This document shows positions 53,601 to 64,000 of a stretch of DNA of 64,000 nucleotides, one piece after another; the stretch's first letter is position 1, and each line of letters opens with the position of its first letter. The translations under genes and the position numbers were made by a program. The stretch lies in contig OZ037766.1 in assembly GCA_964035545.1 (NCBI GenBank), forward strand, positions 23,362,767 to 23,426,766. The letters run 5' to 3'. The notes beneath the pieces were generated by a model that was given only the letters and a program-made list of their open reading frames with translations, was not told where the DNA came from and did no database searches. Source of the stretch: Bugula neritina. Lineage: Eukaryota; Animalia; Bryozoa.

Positions 53601-56600
53601 TCTTCTTCACTCTGAGAACTAGAATGCAGCTCATCACTTGTACAAGAGTTAATAACACTACGGTGCGCACTTTTTGGAGCGGTTATGTGTAACCCTTTGG
53701 CAGTGCACTGATGTTCCGGAGATTTCGGAATATCGTCCTCTTTGAAGGAATCAGCTGCTTCAGAATTTGAATTTTTGAGATAGAACGTGTTGTCAGAAAG
53801 TGAGTTTTCTGCACTATTGACATTTGATTTAAATGCTGGCGAAAGTGTATCATACCAACTATAATCAACTGAGTTATTTGTATGAGCTGAAGAGGGAGTT
53901 TCTGAAGCACTATTTTGCATAGGGGCATTTAATCGTGAATTTTTAGCATTAGACTGATATTCAGGTAGTCTAGGAATCACGATATCTTTGGAGCAGTTGA
54001 CTGGTTCATTAACCTCATTTTTAGCATCAAATGTGTATTCGGCAATTAATTTGTCCGCTCGACTTTTAGTTTCTTCAAAATCTATCAAAAGTGTGTCATC
54101 CCAACTATAATCAACTAGGTTATTTGTATTAGGCGGAGAAAGTGTTTCTGAAGCACAACTATGCATAGGGGCATTTACTCGTGACTTTTTAGCATTAAAT
54201 TGATATTCTTGTAGTCTAGGAACCATATTGCTGAAGGAGTGAACTAAGTCAATATTTACATTTTGAGGATCTAAAGCGTTTTCAAAAATTGAACTGTCAG
54301 CTTTGGTATTTGCTTCAAAGTCCTTCAAAAGTGGGTCATCCCAACTACAGTCAACTTGTTCAAATGTAAGAGCTGAAGATGGAGGTTCTGAAGCATCAAA
54401 GTGCATAGGAGCATTTACATGTAACCTTTCTGCAGTGGACTGGTGTGCTGTAGGGTTTGGAATAACATCATCTTTAGAACAATCAGCTGCTCTAGAATTT
54501 GCATTTCTAAGATAGAAGGTGTTTTCAGAAATTGAGTTTTCTCCACTGTTGACATTTACTTTAAATGCTTGCGAAAGTGTATTATACCAACTATAATCAA
54601 CTGGGTTATTTGTGTGAGCTGAAGAGGGAGTTTCTGAAGCACTATTGTGCATAGGGGCATTTACTCGTGGATTTTTAGCATTAGACTGATATTCAGGTAG
54701 TCTAGGAATCACGATATCCTTGGAGCAGTTAAATGGTTCAATGACCTCATTTTTAGCATCAAATGTGTATTCGGCAATTAATTTGTCTGCTCAACTTTTA
54801 TTTTCTCTAAAGTCTATCAAAAGTGTGTCATCCCAACAGTAATCAACTGGGTAATTTGTATGAGCTGAAGAGGGCGTTTCTGAAGCACAATTATGCATAG
54901 AGGCATTTACTCGTGAATTTTTATCTTTAGATTGAGATTCTTGTAGCCTAGGAACCAGATTGTTGAGGGAGTGAGCTACTGAGTCAATATTCACAATTTC
55001 AGGATTGAAAGCATTTTCAACAATCAAACTCTTTGCTTTGTTATTAGCTTTAAAGTCCTCCGAAAGTGGATCATCCCAACTACAATCAACTAGTTTATAT
55101 GTAAGAGCTGGAAATCGCGTTTTCGAAGCATCAAAGTGCATAGGGGTATTCACATGTAACCCTTCAGCAGTGGACTGATGTTCTAGAGGACTAACAATAG
55201 CATTATCATTGAAATAATCAACATGCTCAACAATGGCGTTTCTAAGAGTGGTAGTCTTTCCACTAATTGAATTACCCGCTTCGTTGTTGGCCCTCAAAGT
55301 CTGCAAAAGTGAATCATCTTCTTCATGATTAACCAGGTTATTCTCATGAGCTGAAACTGGAGTTTCTAAAACACGAACACGCTTAGGAGGTGCTACATCC
55401 TTTGAGCATGTTTGAGCTGTGTTGTGCAAACTGTTGGCCATTTGAGAAAATGCGGATCTGGCATTATTTTTAGGCAACTCAAGTTCATCAATTTTTACAG
55501 TTTGTCTATCATCATATGATTGAAATTTCAACAATTCTGGTATCTCACCATTTCTAACCATCTCTGAAGCGATCTCCACCATTCTTTTATATGGGATGCC
55601 TGGTTCATCTTCGTCACTCTGAGAAAGAGAGTGGAGCTCATCACTCATACACAAATTATTAACACTGCGCTGGCCATTTATTCGAGCAGTCTTGTCTAAC
55701 TCATCAATAGTGGACTGATATTCCGGAGGGCTAAGAACAACATTTTCGTTAGAGGCATCTACTGGTGCAATAATGGCAGATTCAGGATTCAAAGCATTAT
55801 CATCGATTTCTGTTTTCGCTCTGTTGTTAGTTAGTTTAAAATCATTCCAACAACAATCAACTAGGCTATTTGCAAGAGTTGTAAATGGAATTCCCGAAGC
55901 ACCAACATTCGTAGGGGCAGTTACTTGTAGTTTTTCGGCAGTAGACTGATATTCTGGAGGGCTAGGAATAACATCGTCTATCGAGGAATCAATTGACTCA
56001 GTGTTCACATTTCTTGGATTCAAGGCTTTTTGAGAAAGTGAATTTTCCGCCTTATTGACATTTAATTTAAAAGCTTGTGAAAGTGGCTCATCCCAACTAC
56101 AATCAAGTGAGTTAATTGATTGAGCTGAAGATGGAATTTCAGAGGCACAAATATGCATGGGATCAGCATTGTCTTCTTTTGAGCATGTTTGGGCTGTGCT
56201 GCTCCATTTGCTGGCCACTTGAGAACAGGCAGATCTGTCGGCTTTTTTAGAGATCTCCAATTCATACTTTTCGACAATTTCTTTGGCATCAGATAATTGG
56301 AAATATGATAATTCTGGTATATCACTGGTCATTTCTGAAACAAGCTCCAGCATTCTTTCAGGAGAGATGCGTGCTCTAGTGTTTTGATTTTCAGATGTAG
56401 AGTGGAGCTCATCACACATACAACATTTTACAACACCACTTGGGGCAATTGTTGGAGCATTTACATGTAACTCTTCAGCATTGGACTGATCTTCTGGAGA
56501 GTCAGTAGGAACGCTATCTTTGAATGAGTCAGGTGGTGCAATAATCACATTTTTAGGATTGAAAGAATTTTTGGTGAGTAAACTGCTCACTCTCTTATTG

Positions 56601-56700
56601 GTTGCTTCACAGGCCTGTGGAAATGAATCAGCGCTACCACAATCCATTAAGTTTTTTGTCGAAGCCAAAGATGTATATTTTGAAGTACCCCTTTGCATAG
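50700..56700 (-). repeat. Coding array of degenerate ~82-aa and ~180-aa units
   Basis: Recurrent IP..PEYQS.A..LHVNAP...ASE..SSAH.N..VDYSWDD.L...F; long units add SDELHS.S....EPGIPYK.M....IP.LL.FQS.D...NDELE.PKN.ARSAFSQ..NRL.NTAQTCSK. Confidence 0.9.
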
Positions 56701-57709
56701 AATCTGCTGCTTTAATTGAGCCCGTTTGGGTTTTGTTAGGCAATATGTTGGCCTTCAGAGAAAAGGCAGTTTTGGAGTCATTTATAGGTAACTCAATTTC
56801 CTGATCAGGAATTGACATATTAGCTCTGTTAGAGCTTATGGTACGAGCCGGCAAAAGAGATAAATCAACTTTTCCGGGAGGATCACCAAAGTGCTTAAAC
56901 AATTCCAAATTGTTGAAAGTGTCGGTTCTGGCTGTGCTCTGTAAAACAGCTTCAGTACAAGAATGATCACAAGAGGTGAAACCCTCAGAATTATCAGAGT
57001 TGGCATCAACTTGAACATTAGCAGGTGGCGTGGTTGATAGCAGTGTGGAGCTCCTTGAAAAGTCATCAACTCCAAACAACTTTGCCACTTGATCCACAGA
57101 GAGACAAGTATCGTCAACATTGCATTGTATTGCATGTTTTTTGCTGGCCATAACATTGGCTCACGTTGGGGTAATTTCAAGAAGGCTACTTAACCAAGTA
57201 TATGCTTAACACAATCGGAGTGTTTCAAAATAGAAACAGTCTGTGTCAGCTGCCTGTAAACAAAGATACAAAATACAAAATGTTACTACAATTCTTTACA
57301 CAACATTACTCAACTATTTTCAAAAGAAAAACACAAAAAATATTTTTTGGGATTATTGAAAATCACAATGAATAAACAGCAGACACTGACAGGTATCATC
57401 CACAGCCTTTAACACCTGGTTACTTAATTTTAGAACAATGGTTCCCAACCTTTATATAGTATTCCCCCTTCTATAAAAGTTGACTAATAATTCACCCCTA
57501 TTCTCCTCACCCCCCCCTCGCTTGAAGAGCGAGAAGATTTTATGACTCAATGAATCAAAATATATGAAACAGTGCAATATATTTGTTCTATTATATTTGC
57601 ATATATTATAATTATCATAATAGTAATATCATTGTTATTTTATTGTTATAAAACACAGAGCAAATCACTTATTAATGTTACGGTTTCAGTTGATGCTTTT
57701 GTGCCAGCT

Positions 57710-58333
57710 CTCCAAAAGCCACTTAGTCAATTGATACCAACAACTCTTGTATGTGTTCGAAAAGATTTTCACTGGAGTGAACAGACGTACAAAGTAGTTG
57801 GAAATGCCAGCACACCAAGATCATACATCATACTCAACGAGAAAACTGGATGTACATTTAGACGGAACAGGCGTCAGTTACTTCCAGCTATCAAAGAGGC
57901 AGATGCTAACACCAGCCAATAACCTCCAGTGAGCATCTCTGATAATACGGACAACAACCCAATTAACAACAACTGCCAAATAACTAGTTCCGGACGAGTA
58001 GTCAAAGCGCCAAAGCGATATTCTCTTTAACTGCGGCCATTTGCTTCACTGCCACCTACACCAAGCAACTCAAAGCTTTTGTTATGTTGCGTCATGCTTT
58101 ATGAGTAAGCCTTTTCTCTTTGTTCACTGTTTGTATTCTTAATATGTTACACAAATAAGTTTTTTTGCCTTCAGTTCGTTATACTACTGTTGTTCACATT
58201 TTATACAAAATCTAAAGAGAGGCATTTCGCATTATTTTATTACTAGTATTATAATCATACTTTGGAGTTATGTTAACATATGAGTTTTGTAGCGAACCAA
58301 ATAAAACTTCACTTCCTGTTAAACAATCCCGCA
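57710..58333 (+). mobile_element. Degenerate Ty3/Gypsy 3' half: integrase C-terminus, PPT and 109-bp 3' LTR (58225-58333)
   Basis: STPRSYII..FRRNRRQLLP and TSSGRVVKAPKRY are typical Gypsy integrase tails; AAAGAGAGG PPT; LTR homologous to 5864-5972. Confidence 0.75.
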
Positions 58334-58429
58334 GAATTTTACCTCATATGGATAGGTGGTGCTGGATGGCACCAAAACTCTGCTTTGCCAGCTATATGTG
58401 GGAAGAGTTTGCTTGTTGAAACTCGGAGT

Positions 58430-58668
58430 GATTTTAGGTTAAAATGGCACAGGTAAAAATGGTGCAGGTAAGAATGGCACAAACAGAAAAGTAAGTAAAA
58501 ATGGCACACTGATGTTAAATTTTTCCAAGCTTAAACTCCAAACCCTCCACTTCAAATCCTCAATCTTTGAACCCAAACCCCTACCCCCAACTCAAACCCT
58601 CACCCACAAACTCCAGAACCCCAAGTACAAACCCAAAATCCGCACTTCAAACCTCTTTTTCAAACTCC
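58430..58668. mobile_element. Left part of the aaaaatggcaca foldback element, interrupted by an LTR retrotransposon
   Basis: Homologous to 7986-8170; homology stops exactly at the LTR start TG at 58669. Confidence 0.6.
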
Positions 58669-61600
58669 TGTAGTGAATTTCTCACCAGGTATTTACGTTA
58701 TAACCAGGCTATTATTTACAAGATACAAGAATTGAATTACTACTAACATGAATTGTGCGATTACATAACACTGAGCACTTTGCACACAACTACTCTAAGC
58801 GAAGTCCCAAGCTGCTCTGCCCGGCTAGCTACTCAGCGTGCTTCCACTACGCGTAGCTAGCTCCACCTGCTATCAATTAACAGTCCTTCCTGATTGGCTG
58901 GTATTAGTGGTGCCACTGTCGACTGTAAGATGTACGTCGGCTGGGATTCGATGTAGTCAACCTCCACAATAAGATAACATAGAGTCGACCCTTTCGATAT
59001 ATAAACTAATTGTTAATTGCACTACTGAAATCACTTACACTCGCCACACCTATCGAAAGGTACACTCTATGATTAATTCCTGCATGGCAACATTATAAAA
59101 TAGAAAGGTTTAAAAAGTAGACAAGAATAAAAGAACACAAAATAACACCAGAATAACATAGTCAAATTGATTTACATAACAGTAACAAGACGAACGATTA
59201 ATGGCCCGTCGACAGGGTCGATGTGTCTCTCGCCCGATCATGTAAAGGGAGCATGAACATAGGAGGGGAAAAGGGTGGACTATATCACACTCACATAGTC
59301 TGAACCAAGCAATTGGTGGTGTCGAGAAGCCACCAGAAGAATCAAGCGTGGCAAAGGAATCTCCCCAAAGAGGGGGAGAAAGGGGGGGTCGACTGGTCTC
59401 TTTCTAGAGGGTAGTGTCGAACACCAACAGTCCACACTGATCACCGTCAAATTCCCAAAGGGGAATACAAAGTTTCTTCATCTATGCTTTCGTCTTTACT
59501 TATTAATTTTCATGCAGGATTCTTTTAATATTACGTATTACATTTATTACTTCTTATTATTACGATTTGCTCCCTCTTTTCAGCATTATTATGTCGTCGC
59601 TACGGCGAAAAGAGAGAAGAACTCCTCTGTCTGATCGCATCCACTGCACCTCACTGTTGTAGGGCACCATCTGCCACGACAGTCACCAGAACTGCTGCTA
59701 TGGCGCTGCAGGAATCCAGTCAAGCAGTCAGAATCTCAGTCGACGAATAATGCAATGAATGATGGGTGACTGCGTGACGGTGGTGCCAGGAGAAAGAATA
59801 TGCTCCGCCATCAAAGTCTCACCTGCAACAGAATGCCAGAAACTGTTGAAGGGGTTTTCACCTAGTCAGTACGACACCTCGACTGAGTCTCGCAATCTAC
59901 TAACCACTGATTATTGTTAAATCACGCGGTCGACTGCCTCACTCAAAGTCGTCAGTGAAATCACCTGACTTGGAAAACCAGCTTTACCGTTATGATAAAG
60001 CGAGACTGATTTAAAGCTACCAGCTTGAATTCTACTTAAATAATAGAATTATACTAGTAGACTTACCATAAGATAGCCACGACATTAGTCTGCTGCCCAC
60101 TTAGGCCTCGTAGTACGCTAGCTTGCCGGGTACGTGCGCGTACGTTGGCAGTTGAATTAGAAAAGAACGCTCTTCACAGTGAAAGTGATTACATAATACC
60201 CCTTTCACTAGCGAGCTGGCTTCGCTCTTTTCTTTACCCCCGGTGGTGTTATCATGATATATATTTACACCACTGGGTAGGCAACTCACAGTTGTGTCTC
60301 CTTGTATTTCGGAAACACAACTCTCAATTGCTCGACACCCCAGATTTCTTTTATGATAGCTGATGGATGTTTTTCCACTGCATCACACAAGAAATCTTTT
60401 AAATAAGATGGAGGCGCCCTAGTGCGTTGCCTACGCTCCAACTGCACTGGGGAATTTGCTACTACTGGTGACTCTCCCACCACGGGTGGTGTCGCCAGTA
60501 CGGGGGATCCACCAGTACGGGTGGTCCTCTCCCAGCTGCCTCTTCCTCATGACTTTGCGGAATTTCCATTTCTTCCGGGGCGATAGGCCTGTCGGCCGGC
60601 TCCACTGGTGGTGGGGCCGGCTCAGACAGGTCTTCCGGTGTGTCGGCCTCCTTCTCCTGGGATGGAGGTGGCCGAGGCAAGTCGGGCGACGCGTCGGCCG
60701 CCCCGTCCTGATCTTGCAGTATCTCCTCTATCTCTCTATACGCCATGCCTCGCCCCCTCATAGGAGGGGGTCTAGCAGGCTCTAAGAGAGGAGGTGCTTG
60801 ACCTGCTGCATCAGGACTCGCCCAGCAAGATTTCAGCCGTGCTTCGTTCTGGACCGACACTTGTCCAGACCGTTCCACTTTATAGGTGTGATTAGCCATC
60901 ACCTCAATCACGCAGTACGAACTTCCGCTGCAACTTAGCCGCCTGTCCGCGCCGCCGGCGATGACTGGTCATCCAGACCCAGTCTCCCACCTTATACAAG
61001 AGGGGGTCATCAGAGTCACCACTCCTGACCTGCCATTGCTGCTTACGTAGCACCTCGTGAGCCGTCCCCATGCGTTTTACAAGCTCATCCACGTAGTCGT
61101 GGACGTTGCTCTCGGGAGCCGGAACATGATAGGTTACGTGCTCAGGAACCCTGGTTTCTCTCCCCAGCATGAGAAAATTAGGGGTCTCCAGTGTACTGGA
61201 GTGAGAGGTACTACGGTAAGCTCGCATGATTTGTGGCAGCACCAAGTCTCACTCTTCCTGGCTCCTACCGATAAGCAGGCTTCTCAGTGAGTCCCCTAGC
61301 ATTCGATAGTTCCGCTCCACAACCCCGTTCCCTTGCGGGTGATACGGGGTCGTCCGACTCTGGTTTACCCCCCCCCATTTTACAGAGATCGCTCATAAGT
61401 TGCGACTGAAACTGGGCGCCTTGATCAGAGTGTATCTGCTCCGGCAAGCCGAAATAGCAGAATACCTGCTGATCCAAGGCTCTGGCCACCGAGGGGGCCG
61501 ATGCATCTGGAATAGCCAGTGCATCAGCCCACCGCGTGAAATGGTCAGGTAATACCAGTATCCAGTTGTTACCTCTCACTGTTGTGGGCATGGGGCCTAC

Positions 61601-64000
61601 CAGATCTACAGCAACTACTTGCCACGAACGACCGGCATGGAGGCGGCGCCTCCCTGCGGTCTCAGTGGAGCGGTCATGCTTACTAGCTTGGCATACCTCG
61701 CACTTCCACACCCGGAGTCGGACATCTCGGGTCATACCGAGCCAAAACCACTGGAGTTGAAGACACCTAGTCACCCGACTAGCTCCTGCGTGAGCTTGCT
61801 TATGGGTGTCTCAGATCAACTCCCGCCTCAGAGCGGATGGCAACACCACTCTCTCTCATTCACTGCAATTGGTGCCGGCTGCCAACGTTATCGTTAGCAG
61901 CCCATCGCTGTTAAACCGGAGGGAGTCCCAGCGGTCACAGAAGTACTTAAACTCTGCACTTTTCACCCGCTGTTCGGCCTCTTTCGACCGCCGTCCCTCC
62001 TTCTTGGCCCGGACTAGGTCAGCTACCACCCCTGGTAGCGTAGCTTAGAGCCGACACAGCTCCCTGACGTTCCTGAGCAGTGTGGGGTTTGCGTGAAGGT
62101 TGTTAACAGCTTCATTAGGGGATTCGGACCGGAGTTGTCCTTCTTCCCAGCTGTATACCCCGCTTTCCCCAACTGTTCTTCAACGTCCGAGCAAGGGGGT
62201 CCACCATCCCTGCGCTCAATATTCTGGCACTGCTTGCACCCATCTGCCTGGCGGCGGCTGAGCCCGTCGGCATTACCGTGTTTCTTACCGGGTCAGTGTT
62301 CGATCCGATAAAAAAACTTTGCCAGGATTTCCAGCCAGCGCGCTACTTGGCTTGATGGTTCCGCCCGTCGACACAGCCATATCAAAAACGCATGATCCGT
62401 CCGGAGCCGGAACGTACGCCCATATAGATATGGTTTAAAGTGTTTGACCGCCTTGACTACTGCCAAGAGTTCCCTCCTGGTTGTACAGCAGTTCTTCTCA
62501 GGCGCCGACAGGGCTTTGCTATAATAAGCCACCACCACCTCGCGACCATCTTGGACTTGCGATAGTACAGCCCCCACATTATGGTTACTGGCATCAGTAT
62601 CCAAAATGTACTCCTTCGCAGGGTCAGGGTACGCCAAGATGGGTGCTTCCACCAGGCGATCTTTCAGGTGGTCAAATGCCTTCTGCTCGGCCTGTGTCCA
62701 CTGCCATCGCACTCCTTTTGCTGTCAGCCGATTTAACGGCTGTGCAATTCCTGCGAAGTCTGGTATGTACTGACGATTGTACCCTACCAGTCTCAGGAAT
62801 GCCGGCAATTCAGGGAGGTCGACAGGGACAGCCCAGTCCCTCATAGCCCGTACCTTCTCGGGGTCGGTGGCGACCCTGTCTCGACCAACTACTTAACCTC
62901 GCGCTGCAGTAATGCACACTTCGAGGGCTTGAGCTTCAGGCCCGCAGCTCGAAGTCTGTCAAACACCTCCCTGAGTTGACTGACATGTGTGTCGAAGTCG
63001 GGGGAGATGACAATGACATCATCAAAATAAATGAGCAAGGTCTTCCAGTGTAGCCCACTCAGGACCTGCTCCATGAGTCGTTGGAAGGTGGCCGGTGCGG
63101 ACGTAAGTCCGAATGGCAACACCTTCCATTTCCAGAGCCCATCCCGCGTTATAAACGAGGCCTTGTCCTGTGCTCCAGGACTCAGGGGCACCTGCCAATA
63201 CCCGCTTAACAAGTCCAACGTGCTAAAGAACTTGCTACCAGTTAAGGCATCGAGCGACTCATTGATCCTAGGAAGAAGGTAAGCGTCCTGGATGGTCACG
63301 CTGTTCAGCCTGCGATAATCAACGCAAAACCTCCAGCTCCCATCCTTTTTCCGAACCAGGACAACTGGAGAACTCCAGGCCCCATGGCCTGGCTCAATCA
63401 GGTCCCGGTTCAGAAGGTCTTGCACCTGCCGGCTCACTTCTTTCTCCTTCTCAGGACCTAACCGGCGGGTCGGCTGCCGGATGGGCGCCGTCCTCGCCGC
63501 CAGGGGTATCTCATGACAGACAGTCTTAGTCAGACCCATGTTATGGTCGCCGCAACTAAACACGTCCTTGTACTCGGAGAGTAGCCGCGCCATCACCAGG
63601 CGTTCCCGCTTGCTCTCACATCCATCACAGGCATCCTTGTACAACTCTGCTACGTGTTCAGGCACCGGCCCCCTGCCGTCTCTAGTGGGTACCCCACGAG
63701 CTTTGTCCACTGTCTCCAGCGCGGGCCCGACATCCTCCTCCTGTACGGAGTGGAACTTCCTCACTAGAGACCCAGCCGGCAATTCTACCGGCTCTGTGAA
63801 AGGATTCACGTACTGGACCAGGAGCTCCCCCCGCTCATCCAGTCTATTCAGACTGTTAGCAAGCTGAACACCCCCCAGTGCACCTTCCACCACTCCTAGC
63901 TCGGAGATTTCCCTACAGTTCACTCTGCAGCGAACTGTAGCACGGGAGCGCCCAGGTACAGTACAGCACTGTACCACCTGCACTCCCCCCACTAAGGGTC
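58669..64000 (-). mobile_element. GC-rich Ty3/Gypsy retrotransposon (3' LTR 58669-59039; runs off the right edge), same family as 29762-34235
   Basis: TG...CA LTR followed by a PPT-like tract; integrase region and 3' internal region are clearly homologous to the 30-34 kb element. Confidence 0.93.
60290..64000 (-). pseudogene. Frameshifted pol: RT (62889-63992), RNase H (62293-62844), integrase (about 61850-60290)
   Basis: WSSPVVLVRKKDGSWRFCVDYRRLN, LPFGL, YFDD; LDTDAS, RTDH; VDLVGPMP, DHFTRW, HSDQG; split over several frames. Confidence 0.93.

Noticed and set aside
44451-54793. Global UGA recoding (selenocysteine or variant code) suggested by two lone in-frame TGAs
   Set aside because: One replaces Cys and the other Arg (CGA in paralog A); each is a single-base change, so independent nonsense mutations explain both.
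48191-57151. Assignment of the giant protein to a known gene (KNL1, Ki-67, BRCA2, titin or mucin-like)
   Set aside because: No MELT, FHA, BRC, Ig or signal-peptide features are recognisable; the similarity is only compositional or architectural.

Overview
AT-rich, intron-containing animal (invertebrate-like) nuclear DNA; the species cannot be determined from the window. The backbone is a head-to-tail tandem array of five paralogs of one unidentified gene on the minus strand, named here A (ATG 5204, running off the left edge), B (15698-10376), C (about 22731-17340), D (39349-23450) and E (57151-40054). Each copy has a non-coding first exon (E's lies beyond the right edge) and a large coding exon (up to about 9 kb) encoding a Ser/Asn/Asp-rich protein built of ~82-aa, ~180-aa and 32/33-aa repeats. 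B, D and E also retain a chain of small, mostly phase-1 3' exons. Only A is open as far as visible. E (about 3248 aa) is broken by a single CGA>TGA change, B by a 1-bp deletion, and C and D are decayed. The introns carry many transposons with TSDs, most of them checkable against empty paralogous sites: a young Mag-like Ty3/Gypsy, two related Gypsy elements, an Academ, a MULE foldback, a CMC/EnSpm MITE and a highly palindromic solo LTR, plus RTE LINE fragments. The most unusual observation is that both related Gypsy elements carry, between integrase and the 3' LTR, a conserved sense-strand cassette (ATG mini-exon, GT-AG intron, second exon). In one element this cassette encodes a ~255-aa protein with a canonical C2H2 zinc finger; in the other it leads into unrelated sequence.
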